A DNA stretch of 64,000 bases from Spirochaetota bacterium. Its GTDB lineage: Bacteria > Spirochaetota > Spirochaetia > JABEVK01. This document shows, piece by piece, positions 30,858-40,491 of this stretch. Numbering within the stretch: the stretch's first letter is position 1; each line of letters begins with the position of its first letter. The stretch is taken from assembly GCA_020049045.1 (NCBI GenBank), contig JAIFLN010000019.1, forward strand, positions 3,609 to 67,608, in the 5' to 3' direction. The notes below the pieces were generated by a model. The model made no database searches. It worked only from the letters and a program-made list of their open reading frames with translations, and was not told the DNA's origin. A program made the translations under genes and the position numbers.

Positions 30858-32558
30858 TCAGAACCGGCCTGACCGCCAAATCGAAATCAAGAGGGCAAAA
30901 CCAAGAATAAAACTCCCCGTAAAACCAATGATGGCAATCACTGGAATGTCATTCCAAAGAGGGGGTATCTTTGACTGGAGGGCCATGGAAGAGGCTAGCA
31001 GTGCTCCTGTGACAATCAGAGAAAAGGCAATTCTATTGGAAATTTTGTCCGCTTTGTGGAGGATCTTTTCGAGATCGTCGCCCTGAAACTCCAGTTTCAA
31101 CTTTCCCTGACGCAACTGTTGAAGACTCAGACGGATTTCGGAAGGAAGATCAGCGGCTAAACTGAGGTAACCCAAGGCAGACTCGGCTCCCCTGGTTCCT
31201 GCCTTCAAAGGATCCATACGCCCGGCGAGGTTCTGTCGGAGGAAGGGTTCCAGTATGGATACAAGGTCAAAATTAGGGTCCAGCTGACGGGCAAATCCTT
31301 CTATTGTCAGCAGGGCTTTGACAAGCAGATACAGGTTGGGAGGAAGTGCCAGCCGATGAACGAGCAAGAGAGATACCGCTTTCTCGAGAAAATCTGTCAG
31401 GTTGATTTTTGCCAGGGGCACATGACTGATCCCAACCAAAAGAGCTTCGACGTCATCTTCAAAAGCCTGCGGATCAGTCGGGATTCCCTGGTTTCCCAAG
31501 GAAAGCAAAGCGGAAGCCAGGGCTGCGGCATCACCTCGGCTGACGGCAAGAAGCATCTGCTCCAGCTTTTCGCGGTGACGCCTGGGAAGTTGTCCCATCA
31601 GCCCAAAGTCGAGAAAGCAGATTCGTCCGTCCTGCAAAATCAGGAGATTGCCAGGATGTGGATCAGCATGGAAAAATCCATGAACAAAAATCTGCTTCAA
31701 GAGAAGGCTGGCACCGCGTTCGGCAATGACTTTCCGGTCAAGTCCAGCCAGGGCATAGCCCTTCCAATCAAGGGGATGGAGACCTTCCACAAAATCCATA
31801 ACTAAAACCTGGGGACCTGAATAATTTCGATGCACCCGTGGAACCAAGATGTCTTCGTCGTCGGCAAAAAGAGAGAAGAAACGCTCCAGATGCAATGCTT
31901 CCTGCCGAAAATCCAGTTCCTTCAGCAAATTCCGCGAAAATTCCCTGATGATTGCTTTGGTGTCGATCACGTCAGAGCGCAGGATCAACCTCTCAAACCA
32001 AGGGCCGACATGTGCTAAAATTTCCAGATCTGTTGTTACCAGGTTCAAAATATCCGGACGAAGAACCTTGACGGCAACACGGCGCCCATCTTTCAACCGG
32101 GCAGCGTGAACCTGCGCCACCGAGGCACTGGCCACAGGTTCAGGATCAAAGGATGCAAAAACATCCTCCAAAGGTCGGGCGTATTGCCTTTCCAGGATGA
32201 GTTTGACCTGTTCAAACGGAAACCCAGGAACTCTGTCTTGAAGCTTTCTCAACTCCAACAATAGTTCTTCGGGAAGAAGGTCGGGGCGGTTGGAAAACAT
32301 CTGACCCATCTTGACAAAGGTAGGGCCAAGAGACTCCAAAAGGAGCCGGACTCTAGCCCAACGTCCTCCGTCGGGTTCGGCGATATCCGCAGCTACAGCC
32401 TTCCATCTTCGGCGGTGCTCTCCACGATCCAGAAGCGAACCAAACCCATGGCCGGCAACCTGACCCAAAATCTCACCGGTTCGCAGCAGAACAGAATGAT
32501 GCACTGGACGTTCGGAACGAATGGAAAAACCGTTGGTCATGAGGACTCCTGAGTTCAA
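30858..32558 (-). CDS. ubiB: ABC1/UbiB-family atypical protein kinase
   Basis: 566 aa; VAQVHAARLKDGRRVAVKVLRP and HADPHPGNLLI catalytic motifs; C-terminal TM helices. Confidence 0.8.
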   Translation of the reverse strand: MNSGVLMTNGFSIRSERPVHHSVLLRTGEILGQVAGHGFGSLLDRGEHRRRWKAVAADIAEPDGGRWARVRLLLESLGPTFVKMGQMFSNRPDLLPEELLLELRKLQDRVPGFPFEQVKLILERQYARPLEDVFASFDPEPVASASVAQVHAARLKDGRRVAVKVLRPDILNLVTTDLEILAHVGPWFERLILRSDVIDTKAIIREFSRNLLKELDFRQEALHLERFFSLFADDEDILVPRVHRNYSGPQVLVMDFVEGLHPLDWKGYALAGLDRKVIAERGASLLLKQIFVHGFFHADPHPGNLLILQDGRICFLDFGLMGQLPRRHREKLEQMLLAVSRGDAAALASALLSLGNQGIPTDPQAFEDDVEALLVGISHVPLAKINLTDFLEKAVSLLLVHRLALPPNLYLLVKALLTIEGFARQLDPNFDLVSILEPFLRQNLAGRMDPLKAGTRGAESALGYLSLAADLPSEIRLSLQQLRQGKLKLEFQGDDLEKILHKADKISNRIAFSLIVTGALLASSMALQSKIPPLWNDIPVIAIIGFTGSFILGFALLISIWRSGRF

Positions 32559-32579
32559 GGTAACAGACAGCCGTCAAAA

Positions 32580-32990
32580 ATGCAAAAACACAATCTTTGC
32601 GTGCTGGACGAACAAGCCCAAATCGGTGAGAATTATGGAATGCAAATCGTCGAGAATACGGACGACTTCTATGAACAGGTGAAGGATGGTCGTCCGCTGT
32701 TGGCCTGTTTTCAAGCACAATGGTGCGGGGACTGTCATTACCTCAAACCGTCTTATCCTGAAATAGAACAAAGGTTTGTCGAATCGGTGGATTTTGTTCA
32801 GATTGACATTGATGACTTTCCCGACATTGCCAGGGCGCATGAGGTGTCGGGTATTCCGAGTTTCATTCTCTTTTCCTCCGGCCGAGAAGTCTTCCGGCTG
32901 GTGAATCCTCGACGCAAGACTAAAGAAGAATTAATCGACTTTCTGGAGAAGGGCCTGGCTCTCCTCCCTAGGTCCAAGGAGCGATCATGA
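32580..32990 (+). CDS. Thioredoxin-like protein with atypical WCGDC active site
   Basis: 136 aa with a thioredoxin fold pattern around FQAQWCGDCHYLKP and a downstream cis-Pro-like region. Its stop overlaps the pgi start (ATGA). Confidence 0.6.
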   Translation: MQKHNLCVLDEQAQIGENYGMQIVENTDDFYEQVKDGRPLLACFQAQWCGDCHYLKPSYPEIEQRFVESVDFVQIDIDDFPDIARAHEVSGIPSFILFSSGREVFRLVNPRRKTKEELIDFLEKGLALLPRSKERS

Positions 32991-34567
32991 ATCTCACGTA
33001 TCGAAATCTCGACGACACGAAAGCAGGAAAAAAAATGCTGAAGGGGGTCAAGGTTGAAAAACTGAAAACCCTGCTGACCTCGCAGAGGGTTTCTTCCTGC
33101 ACCGTCGCAGGCGCGGCAGGCTGGCAGTACAATTATGCCGCCAAAGCGATTGATGACGAGGTTTTGACTCTTCTGGCCGATTTGGCCCGTGAACAGCAAG
33201 TCGTCGCCAAATACCGAGCCATCCTAGACGGAGCTTGGGCGAATGTTGGCGAAAACCGGATGGTTCTCCACCACCTGACAAGGGGACAATCGGGGAAAGC
33301 CGTTGTCCATGAAGGCAAGGATCTGGGCGCATTTTATGCTGCTCAGAATCAGGCTGTTGTCGATTTCGCAGGACAGATTCACAAAGGAACATTGAAAGGC
33401 AGTACGGGAAAGAAATTCACAACCGTAGTCCAGATTGGTATCGGTGGCTCAGATCTTGGTCCCCGAGCCATGTATCTGGCCCTGGAGAATTGGGTTGCCT
33501 CGGAAAAAAAGAAGGTTCTCCTTGAGGCGCGCTTTATTTCCAACGTTGATCCTGATGATGCCTCGGCTGTCCTTTCTTCGGTAAAACTCGAAAGCACCTT
33601 GTTTATTTTGGTTTCTAAATCGGGGACAACTCAAGAGACCCTGGCCAATGAGAATTTCGTCCGGGAAGCCCTTACCAAAGCAGGTCTTGAGGCCAACAAG
33701 CATATGGTTGCCGTCACTAGTGAAACGAGTCCGCTGGCAAAAAGCCCACGGTATCTGGCTTCTTTCTATATTGACGATTTCATCGGCGGCCGCTATTCCT
33801 CCACTTCTGCCGTTGGAGGTGCTGTTTTGAGTCTTGCCTTTGGTCCCGATGTTTTTGCCCGCTTCCTTGCAGGAGCACATGAGGCCGATAAAGCAGCGCT
33901 CGAGTCGTCACCTTTGAAGAATGCCGCTCTTCTTGATGCCCTGATCGGAGTCTGGGAACGCAACGCTCTCAACCTTCCTTACACGGCAGTGTTGCCCTAC
34001 AGTCAGGCCTTGAGCCGTTTCCCCGCCCATCTTCAACAGTTGGATATGGAATCCAACGGCAAGAGTGTCAACGTTGAAAATAAAAAGGTGAAGTATGCCA
34101 CCGGGCCGGTGATTTTCGGAGAACCAGGTACAAACGGGCAGCATAGTTTCTACCAGCATCTGCACCAGGGGACAGACACTGTCCCGCTTCAATTTATCGG
34201 TTTTCTCGAAAGTCAGGCCGGTCATGATGTTGTCAGCGAAGGCTCGACCAGCCAGGTCAAACTCAACGCAAACCTGGCCGCGCAGATTGTGGCCTTTGCC
34301 AAGGGCTCCAAGAACGAAAATCCGAACAAGAACTTTTCAGGAGGACGGCCTTCCAGTCTGCTTTTGAACAAAAAGCTGACCCCGGAGGCCCTGGGAGCAC
34401 TCTTGGCCCACTTCGAGAACAAAGTTCTCTTTCAAGGCCTCCTTTGGAATATCAACTCCTTCGATCAAGAAGGAGTTCAGCTGGGGAAAATCTTAACCAA
34501 GGCAGTTCTTGCCAAGGGTGAGATGGATGACGCTCTGAAAGCTTACGCCAAACTTCTGGGAGTTTGA
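32987..34567 (+). CDS. pgi: Glucose-6-phosphate isomerase
   Basis: 526 aa; GIGGSDLGP, GGRYSSTSAVG and GQHSFYQHLHQG signature motifs. Confidence 0.85.
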   Translation: MNLTYRNLDDTKAGKKMLKGVKVEKLKTLLTSQRVSSCTVAGAAGWQYNYAAKAIDDEVLTLLADLAREQQVVAKYRAILDGAWANVGENRMVLHHLTRGQSGKAVVHEGKDLGAFYAAQNQAVVDFAGQIHKGTLKGSTGKKFTTVVQIGIGGSDLGPRAMYLALENWVASEKKKVLLEARFISNVDPDDASAVLSSVKLESTLFILVSKSGTTQETLANENFVREALTKAGLEANKHMVAVTSETSPLAKSPRYLASFYIDDFIGGRYSSTSAVGGAVLSLAFGPDVFARFLAGAHEADKAALESSPLKNAALLDALIGVWERNALNLPYTAVLPYSQALSRFPAHLQQLDMESNGKSVNVENKKVKYATGPVIFGEPGTNGQHSFYQHLHQGTDTVPLQFIGFLESQAGHDVVSEGSTSQVKLNANLAAQIVAFAKGSKNENPNKNFSGGRPSSLLLNKKLTPEALGALLAHFENKVLFQGLLWNINSFDQEGVQLGKILTKAVLAKGEMDDALKAYAKLLGV

Positions 34568-35854
34568 TTACTTCGCCTGGGCCCGTTTGAGGGCCCAGGT
34601 TGTGAAGTTCACCAAATCGGCACCGCGATCTTGGCTGAGTTCCCAAAAGAAAACCCCTCCAAGATTCTTTTCAACCACCAATTCCACCTTTTCTGTTACC
34701 GATTTTCCATCGTCATACGAGACAAACAAACCGGTGTTCTTGTCGTAGAGGTAAGCGGCCCGAGAATCCTCGTCCCAGTCAGTGGGGATACCTTTTGCGA
34801 TCATCTGCTGAACCTCGGCATAATCCACGACACCTACATCCTTCGAAGTCACCTTTTCGACTGTTGGAGCAAAAAGCGGATTCTTCAACTTCGGTGCGAC
34901 CTGCCAGGCAATACCGTACAGGGGAATGCCAACGTTGATTTTTGCCGCGGGCATACCGGCATCAAGATAGTATTGGACAGCACCGGCTACATTCAACTTT
35001 CTTCCAGCAGCCCATTTATAACCAGGATCGGCTGGATTTGCATACAGGGGGGCGAGGTGAAAGGACATTTTGTCCCAAGCTCCGTGGTAGTCGTAGGTCA
35101 TCAGGTTGAAGAAGTCGACGATGGACCCCAAAGCTTTGGTTTCCAGATACTTTCCATAACCAGGGTTGGGACTCACGGTAAGGCCAACCTCGTAGGACCG
35201 CCCGTCGGAAGCCGCTGCAGCGGTAAAAGCCTTCCTCAGACCTTGCATCAAGAGAGTCAGATTCTTGCCATCTTGAGGTGAGTGCGGATTGTCAGCATGC
35301 CCCCCCTCCACGGGAAACTCCCAGTCGATGTCGATGCCGTCGAGGCCATATTTTTTTATAAAAACGACTGCAGAATCGATAAACACCTGTCTGGTTTTGG
35401 CCGTTGCCACCATGGGACTGAACTTGTCCGACATGTTCCCACCACCCACAGAAAGAATTGTGCGAAGTTTGGGATAGGATTGTTTGAGAAGCTGAAACTG
35501 GGCGAAATTTCCCCGATAACCGAGACCAGGGGGTTCGTTTCCGAATTTTTTGTCGACGTCACCATTTTTGTCGTAAAAAGTCACGGAGAAGTCATCGCCG
35601 ATTTTGGTGAACGCGTAATACACATGGGTCAGCTTGGCGGCAGGAAGATCTGCGACCTGGTAATTTCTTTTATAGATATTGTTGCTGGCATAGTACCCGC
35701 CCACCCGAAGCAAAGGTGCCGCATTCACTACGGGAACCTGAGTCGAATCGGAAGAGGGAGGGGCTTTGGATGTTGTTGCGCATCCAGACAAGACAAGGAC
35801 CAGGGCTATTGCCCAAAGCACGGCTTTCGGACGAATCATTCTTACCTCCCACAT
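34568..35854 (-). CDS. Glycoside hydrolase family 18 (chitinase-like) lipoprotein
   Basis: 428 aa; signal peptide with lipobox (LVLSGC); GH18 catalytic DGIDIDWEFP motif. Confidence 0.7.
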   Translation of the reverse strand: MWEVRMIRPKAVLWAIALVLVLSGCATTSKAPPSSDSTQVPVVNAAPLLRVGGYYASNNIYKRNYQVADLPAAKLTHVYYAFTKIGDDFSVTFYDKNGDVDKKFGNEPPGLGYRGNFAQFQLLKQSYPKLRTILSVGGGNMSDKFSPMVATAKTRQVFIDSAVVFIKKYGLDGIDIDWEFPVEGGHADNPHSPQDGKNLTLLMQGLRKAFTAAAASDGRSYEVGLTVSPNPGYGKYLETKALGSIVDFFNLMTYDYHGAWDKMSFHLAPLYANPADPGYKWAAGRKLNVAGAVQYYLDAGMPAAKINVGIPLYGIAWQVAPKLKNPLFAPTVEKVTSKDVGVVDYAEVQQMIAKGIPTDWDEDSRAAYLYDKNTGLFVSYDDGKSVTEKVELVVEKNLGGVFFWELSQDRGADLVNFTTWALKRAQAK

Positions 35855-35899
35855 TTGCTCCTTAAGTTTCTCTATGACAGCCAGGTTGTCAAGAAGGGA

Positions 35900-36829
35900 T
35901 CAGAGCTTCCAGACAAACCCGGCTTGAATTCCCACTTCGAGAGTGGCCCAGGTAAGGAACTCCTCTGTGAGTGAGCCTTCCAACGCCCAAGCTTTACTCA
36001 AGGGAAACTGAACACCTAAACTCAGCAAACCCGAACCCTGAGAAAGGTAGCCAGCATTCATCTGGGAAGGAGCGGTCCAGTTCCCCTGTATCAATGCTCG
36101 CGGACCTGAAAAAGCTTCAAAAATGAGGTAGCCGCCGCCTTGAAAAAGAAAATCTCCGGCTATCACGAAACCACTAGACAGCCCTCCCCTTACGATAACG
36201 CCATATTCAGGCCAAGGCCACCGGTCACCCCAGGCCAAAGAGGAACCAGTGGTCCAGCGGTCGACCCAGCCCCAACCAGGACGGGACGGCAGGGGAAGCT
36301 TGATCCAAGAGGTCCAGGCCCAAGGCCCAGAGTGCCGACGGATGCCCAAACTAGTCTGCGTCAACCCTGCCCCAGGACTCTGGTCGTCAAAATTTCCCTC
36401 CAGATAGTTTCGATAGGAGTTTCTCGCTGATTGCTCACGACCCTGGTTGGGTACAGAAAGGAGGGTATGAAAAGCATCAAGAAATGGGTCGGTTATTCCT
36501 CCACCAATGACCCAACCCTGGACTTGCGCCCGTAGTTCCCATCCAGAAGAGGGTGCCCAGGCATAAGAAACGACGCCGATCAGACCTTCCAGATCAATCA
36601 ACTGTGAAAGTTCGCCATTGAAACCGTACTGTCGAAAAGTATTGAACCAAAGTACCGAGCTGCGGACTCGAGAATGACCGGCGTCCAATCCACCGGCTTC
36701 TTCCTGCAAAACCGGTGCAATACCAATAGTCCATGGAAATGTCTGTGGTTGATCCAGTAACCCGAGCGAGGAGGCAGGAAGGTTGTTCGAGCTGAAGAAC
36801 AAGAGGAACAGGAGGGCCATGAATCTCAT
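35900..36829 (-). CDS. Hypothetical secreted/outer-membrane protein, Trp/Gly-rich
   Basis: Likely start MRFMALLFLLFFSS (signal peptide) at about 36829; the ORF track runs to 36862. Amphipathic beta-strand pattern. No catalytic motif. Confidence 0.35.
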   Translation of the reverse strand: MRFMALLFLLFFSSNNLPASSLGLLDQPQTFPWTIGIAPVLQEEAGGLDAGHSRVRSSVLWFNTFRQYGFNGELSQLIDLEGLIGVVSYAWAPSSGWELRAQVQGWVIGGGITDPFLDAFHTLLSVPNQGREQSARNSYRNYLEGNFDDQSPGAGLTQTSLGIRRHSGPWAWTSWIKLPLPSRPGWGWVDRWTTGSSLAWGDRWPWPEYGVIVRGGLSSGFVIAGDFLFQGGGYLIFEAFSGPRALIQGNWTAPSQMNAGYLSQGSGLLSLGVQFPLSKAWALEGSLTEEFLTWATLEVGIQAGFVWKL

Positions 36830-37395
36830 TGAATACCCCCAACCTGCTCCCAGAACTTCCAAGCCGTTTCCTCGTCGATATCATCGATAGCCCGAGCCAG
36901 AAGCCGGCGCATCTGTGTCACTTCTTCTTCCAACTGCTTTTTCAGAGACACGGGGGGAAGAAGTGGCAGCAGCTCTCCCTGGCCACAACCGGGACACCCT
37001 TCAACAGGCGGCAGAAAAGACCAGACTTCTTTCACCGGACCAGTGCCGGTATCGGTAACCTGTCTGGTCAGGGGTGACAGAGCGCAGACCAGCGGTTTGA
37101 AATCGGGATGCAGGGAACACAGACCATGGTAAAGGTCTGTTTCGGTGATTTCATTCATTAAGAAGGGGCATTGGACCAGTGGTCTAGTTCGAAAACGGAT
37201 CCGAGGAAGCCACACTGTCCGACCTAAAGCAAGTGATTCCCGAAAGAGGACGACCAGCCCTTGACTCCTGAGATCTTGAACCGAATTCAGTCCCAGCCGA
37301 AGAATCAGCCGGCGCAGGTCGTCTCCGGTTAGGCGAATCACCTGTGACCCTGTGCAGCAGTCACCACACAGGGTACAGGCGAAACGACAAGACAA
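36826..37395 (-). CDS. YkgJ-family CxxCxxCC zinc/iron-chelating domain protein
   Basis: 189 aa; N-terminal CTLCGDCC motif plus additional Cys (CPGCGQ). Confidence 0.55.
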   Translation of the reverse strand: MSCRFACTLCGDCCTGSQVIRLTGDDLRRLILRLGLNSVQDLRSQGLVVLFRESLALGRTVWLPRIRFRTRPLVQCPFLMNEITETDLYHGLCSLHPDFKPLVCALSPLTRQVTDTGTGPVKEVWSFLPPVEGCPGCGQGELLPLLPPVSLKKQLEEEVTQMRRLLARAIDDIDEETAWKFWEQVGGIQ

Positions 37396-38142
37396 TTACT
37401 TCTTTTGCCCCTGGGAGGCGACACCAGCGATCTTGGCCTGGATCTTCACCTGATCGCCAACGTAGTAATCCCGGATGTACTTGAGATTCTTATCAAGTTC
37501 GATTACCAGCGGGATTGCCGTGGGGATATTCAGTTCCGCAATATCGGCATCACTGACACCCTTGAGGTGTTTCACCAGTGCTCGCAGGGAATTGCCATGC
37601 GCACCAATGATGATTTTCTTTCCGGTCAGAATCTGCGGAACAATCTCAACAAACCAGTACGGAAGAACGCGGGCGACACAATCTTTGAGGCATTCTGTGA
37701 CCGGCAGCTCCTCTGGAGCCACATCGGCGTATCGGGGGTCCTTCGAAGGAAGCATGGGGCTGTCCGCAGGAAGGGGCGGCGGCGGAACATCGTAGCTGCG
37801 GCGCCACTGTTTGAATTGCACCTCACCGTACTTTGCCAAGGTGTCGGCCTTGTCGAGACCCTGAAGCGCGCCATAATGACGCTCATTGAGCCGCCAGGTT
37901 TTCTTGACGGGTATCCACAGCAGGTCCATCTTGTCGAGAACCATATTGAGAGTCTTGTTGGCCCGACGAAGCACCGAAGTATAGGCAAGGTCGAACACAA
38001 AGCCTTCCTTCTTCAAGACCTCTCCGGCTTCTATGGCCTCCTGCACACCTGAGGCAGCCAGGTCAACGTCCACCCAACCGGTGAACTGATTCTTGAGGTT
38101 CCACTCACTCTCGCCGTGACGGATCAGAACGATTTTATACAT
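37396..38142 (-). CDS. gpmA: 2,3-bisphosphoglycerate-dependent phosphoglycerate mutase
   Basis: [15 protein letters not shown] catalytic His motif, [10 protein letters not shown] second His motif. The ORF track extends 10 codons upstream, to 38172. Confidence 0.9.
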   Translation of the reverse strand: MYKIVLIRHGESEWNLKNQFTGWVDVDLAASGVQEAIEAGEVLKKEGFVFDLAYTSVLRRANKTLNMVLDKMDLLWIPVKKTWRLNERHYGALQGLDKADTLAKYGEVQFKQWRRSYDVPPPPLPADSPMLPSKDPRYADVAPEELPVTECLKDCVARVLPYWFVEIVPQILTGKKIIIGAHGNSLRALVKHLKGVSDADIAELNIPTAIPLVIELDKNLKYIRDYYVGDQVKIQAKIAGVASQGQKK

Positions 38143-38195
38143 GCGCGTTCTCCTTCGATATTTCTCTATCATTTTATTGGGATTAGGTCAGAGAT

Positions 38196-38585
38196 TCAAC
38201 CTCTGCTGGAGTTCAGAAACTCAGCAACCTGCCGGTCAGAATCAGAAAGATCCAGATTCAGCAACTCCGCAGGAAAAACCCATCGAAGCTCCTGATGCTC
38301 TGATAATCGGAATTCACGGCTGGTCAGGGTCGTCTCCCAAGCTTCCAGACGGTACTCCTTTGGTCCGTTCGCAAAGGAACCCACATAAAGGCAGCTTGAT
38401 ACACTGACGATGACGGCAAGCTCCTCGACAAATTCTCTCACCAAAGCCTGCTCAGCGGTCTCCCCAGGCTCCCGTTTTCCACCCGGAAACTCCCACTTGC
38501 CGCCCTGAGTCCCCCCACTTTTTCGCCTGGCAACCAGATAACGACCGTTCTCGTGAACGACTCCGCAAAGGCTGAGGCGGGGCAT
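38196..38585 (-). CDS. NUDIX hydrolase
   Basis: Nudix box GGKWEFPGGKREPGETAEQALVREFVEELA. Start MPRLSL at 38585 overlaps the upstream stop (TGATG). The ORF track's longer form, to 38639, is unlikely. Confidence 0.7.
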   Translation of the reverse strand: MPRLSLCGVVHENGRYLVARRKSGGTQGGKWEFPGGKREPGETAEQALVREFVEELAVIVSVSSCLYVGSFANGPKEYRLEAWETTLTSREFRLSEHQELRWVFPAELLNLDLSDSDRQVAEFLNSSRG

Positions 38586-38989
38586 CAAAGAAAAACAACC
38601 GTCGGAGAAAAGAAATGAAGGAGACCAAACGTCAGACACAAAACCCCGACAATGATTTTGTTGCTGACGAGGAAGTCCTCGATCTTTGTGGGTGCCTTCC
38701 CCTCTTCTTCTTTATGTAGGTACTCCATCACCAAGATGGTTCCTCCCAGGAGGGCCGCTATAGAAGGGAAGAGATCGCCGAGAAAGATCTGGTCGCCGGG
38801 CAAGACAAAAATAAGACCAAGAAAACCTGTCAAAAAGGTGAGAATTCCCAGAATGCCCCGGACGATGCGGCCTTCAAAGGGAAGAAACCAGGAATCCCAC
38901 GTGCCCAACGAACGTTTGAGCCCGCTACGGGCAAGAATGAGGCCTGCTGTCACATTCAGTAAGACCAAGAGGAAAAAAATCTGAACCAT
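38585..38989 (-). CDS. Hypothetical integral membrane protein (4 predicted TM helices)
   Basis: Start MVQIFFLLVLLNV at about 38989; the ORF track runs to 39037. Hydrophobic throughout. Confidence 0.4.
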   Translation of the reverse strand: MVQIFFLLVLLNVTAGLILARSGLKRSLGTWDSWFLPFEGRIVRGILGILTFLTGFLGLIFVLPGDQIFLGDLFPSIAALLGGTILVMEYLHKEEEGKAPTKIEDFLVSNKIIVGVLCLTFGLLHFFSPTVVFL

Positions 38990-39009
38990 GGAACCTCCGG
39001 TATCTGTGA

Positions 39010-40491
39010 CTATAGCGGCCCGGGTTCGAGCATGCAAGCAGAAGCAACTTTTGCAACGGCCTCAGGCAGTTGATCAGCTGTGAACCATCCGGCGGTGTCG
39101 GCCAGCTGCTTCCCGGCAGTCCCATGCAGGACAACCGCTGCCTGGGCGGCTTCAAAAGCACCCATGCCATGTGCCAGCATTGCCCCGACAATTCCGGCGA
39201 GGCAATCACCGCTGCCACCAGTCCCGAGCGCCGGGTTGGAACCATCCCAAACGGCTCTTCGTCCATCCGGAGCCAAGATCCAAGTTACAGAACCTTTCAA
39301 GACGATGGTGACACCGCTTTTCCGTGCCAACTCAGAAGCAGCGCCGACACTGCCTTTTTCACCTGCTCCCAAGCGAAGAAATTCTCCCGGGTGGGGTGTC
39401 ATTACAACGGGTGCTTTTCGGGGAACCGGCTTGAGTGCCACCCAAGCTACCAGAGCATCAGCATCCAAAACCATGGGCAGATCGGTCATCCAGAATTCTT
39501 TCAGCAAGGCAGGCCGGTCACCGGTCCGGCCCCAGCCTGGCCCGACGACCAGTGAATCATAGCGCGAAACCAAAGCGCTCAAGCCGGCCGCGGATCGCGT
39601 CTGAAATGCGGGGACCTGCGGTGCCACCAAGGATATCAAATCAGAATCGAGTCCCAAGCTGACAAGACCAGCACCGGCAGCCGCAGCGGCGCGGGCCGCC
39701 AGCACCAAGGCACCCGACATTCCAGGGGCAGCTCCTACCAAGGCGACATGCCCGCGGGTTCCCTTGTAGGCGGATAGCGGGATTCGGGGCAAGAACGCAG
39801 CGAGGTCCGCTGTTTCCATCAGAGAGGCTGAAGGCTCGGCTTCCCGGGGAAACGCTAATGAAATAGCTTCAGCATGACCTACATGGTCCCTTGCACCGGG
39901 AAAGAAACAAAAATCTTTCAACCAACCCATGGAAATGGTCCATCGTGCCTGCAGTACGACATCACCCGTTTCATAGCCTTCCCAGAGACCGCTGGGCACA
40001 TCAATGGCAAAACAGGAGATATCCAGCCGCTGCCGTTCTGATTCCAGGGCTGCCAAAATCTGTTTCAGATCGGAGCGAGGAGGTTCTTGAAGGCCCGTTC
40101 CCTGGATTCCATCCACCCAGAGGGTTGCACACCGAAGCTTTTCCCAGGCGGTGGTTTCGGGCCAAGTGTGACAGGGAATTCCCAATGATAGAATCACATC
40201 CGCCTGCCACCGCGAGTACTTCGGAGAACCGATCATAACCACCGAGATCTCAGATCTGCCGCGAAGAAAGGCCTGCCTTGCCATGACTAATGCGTCGCCG
40301 CCGTTGTGACCGGGTCCCACTAAATAGACAACAGGACCGGTGAGGGTAGTATCTTTGGCCAGAAGGTGCTCCAACCGGTCCTGAAGGCGAGTCCCCGCCT
40401 CCTCCATCAGCACCCCATCAGGATAGCCAAACTCGAGCTGGGCTACCCGATCAGCAACCTGTGCCGCTGCGCTAGAAACCAGTTTGCGCAT
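39010..40491 (-). CDS. nnr: Bifunctional NAD(P)H-hydrate epimerase/dehydratase (YjeF-N plus YjeF-C)
   Basis: GPGHNGGDALVMAR (YjeF-N) and GTGGSGDCLAGIVGAML (YjeF-C). Probable start MRKLVSSAAA; the ORF track extends to 40548. Confidence 0.8.
   Translation of the reverse strand: MRKLVSSAAAQVADRVAQLEFGYPDGVLMEEAGTRLQDRLEHLLAKDTTLTGPVVYLVGPGHNGGDALVMARQAFLRGRSEISVVMIGSPKYSRWQADVILSLGIPCHTWPETTAWEKLRCATLWVDGIQGTGLQEPPRSDLKQILAALESERQRLDISCFAIDVPSGLWEGYETGDVVLQARWTISMGWLKDFCFFPGARDHVGHAEAISLAFPREAEPSASLMETADLAAFLPRIPLSAYKGTRGHVALVGAAPGMSGALVLAARAAAAAGAGLVSLGLDSDLISLVAPQVPAFQTRSAAGLSALVSRYDSLVVGPGWGRTGDRPALLKEFWMTDLPMVLDADALVAWVALKPVPRKAPVVMTPHPGEFLRLGAGEKGSVGAASELARKSGVTIVLKGSVTWILAPDGRRAVWDGSNPALGTGGSGDCLAGIVGAMLAHGMGAFEAAQAAVVLHGTAGKQLADTAGWFTADQLPEAVAKVASACMLEPGPL

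Noticed and set aside
39015-39045. tRNA-like T-arm motif (gggttcgagc) near 39021
   Set aside because: It lies inside the nnr/membrane-protein coding region, with no acceptor stem or anticodon arm context. No tRNA genes were detected anywhere in the window.
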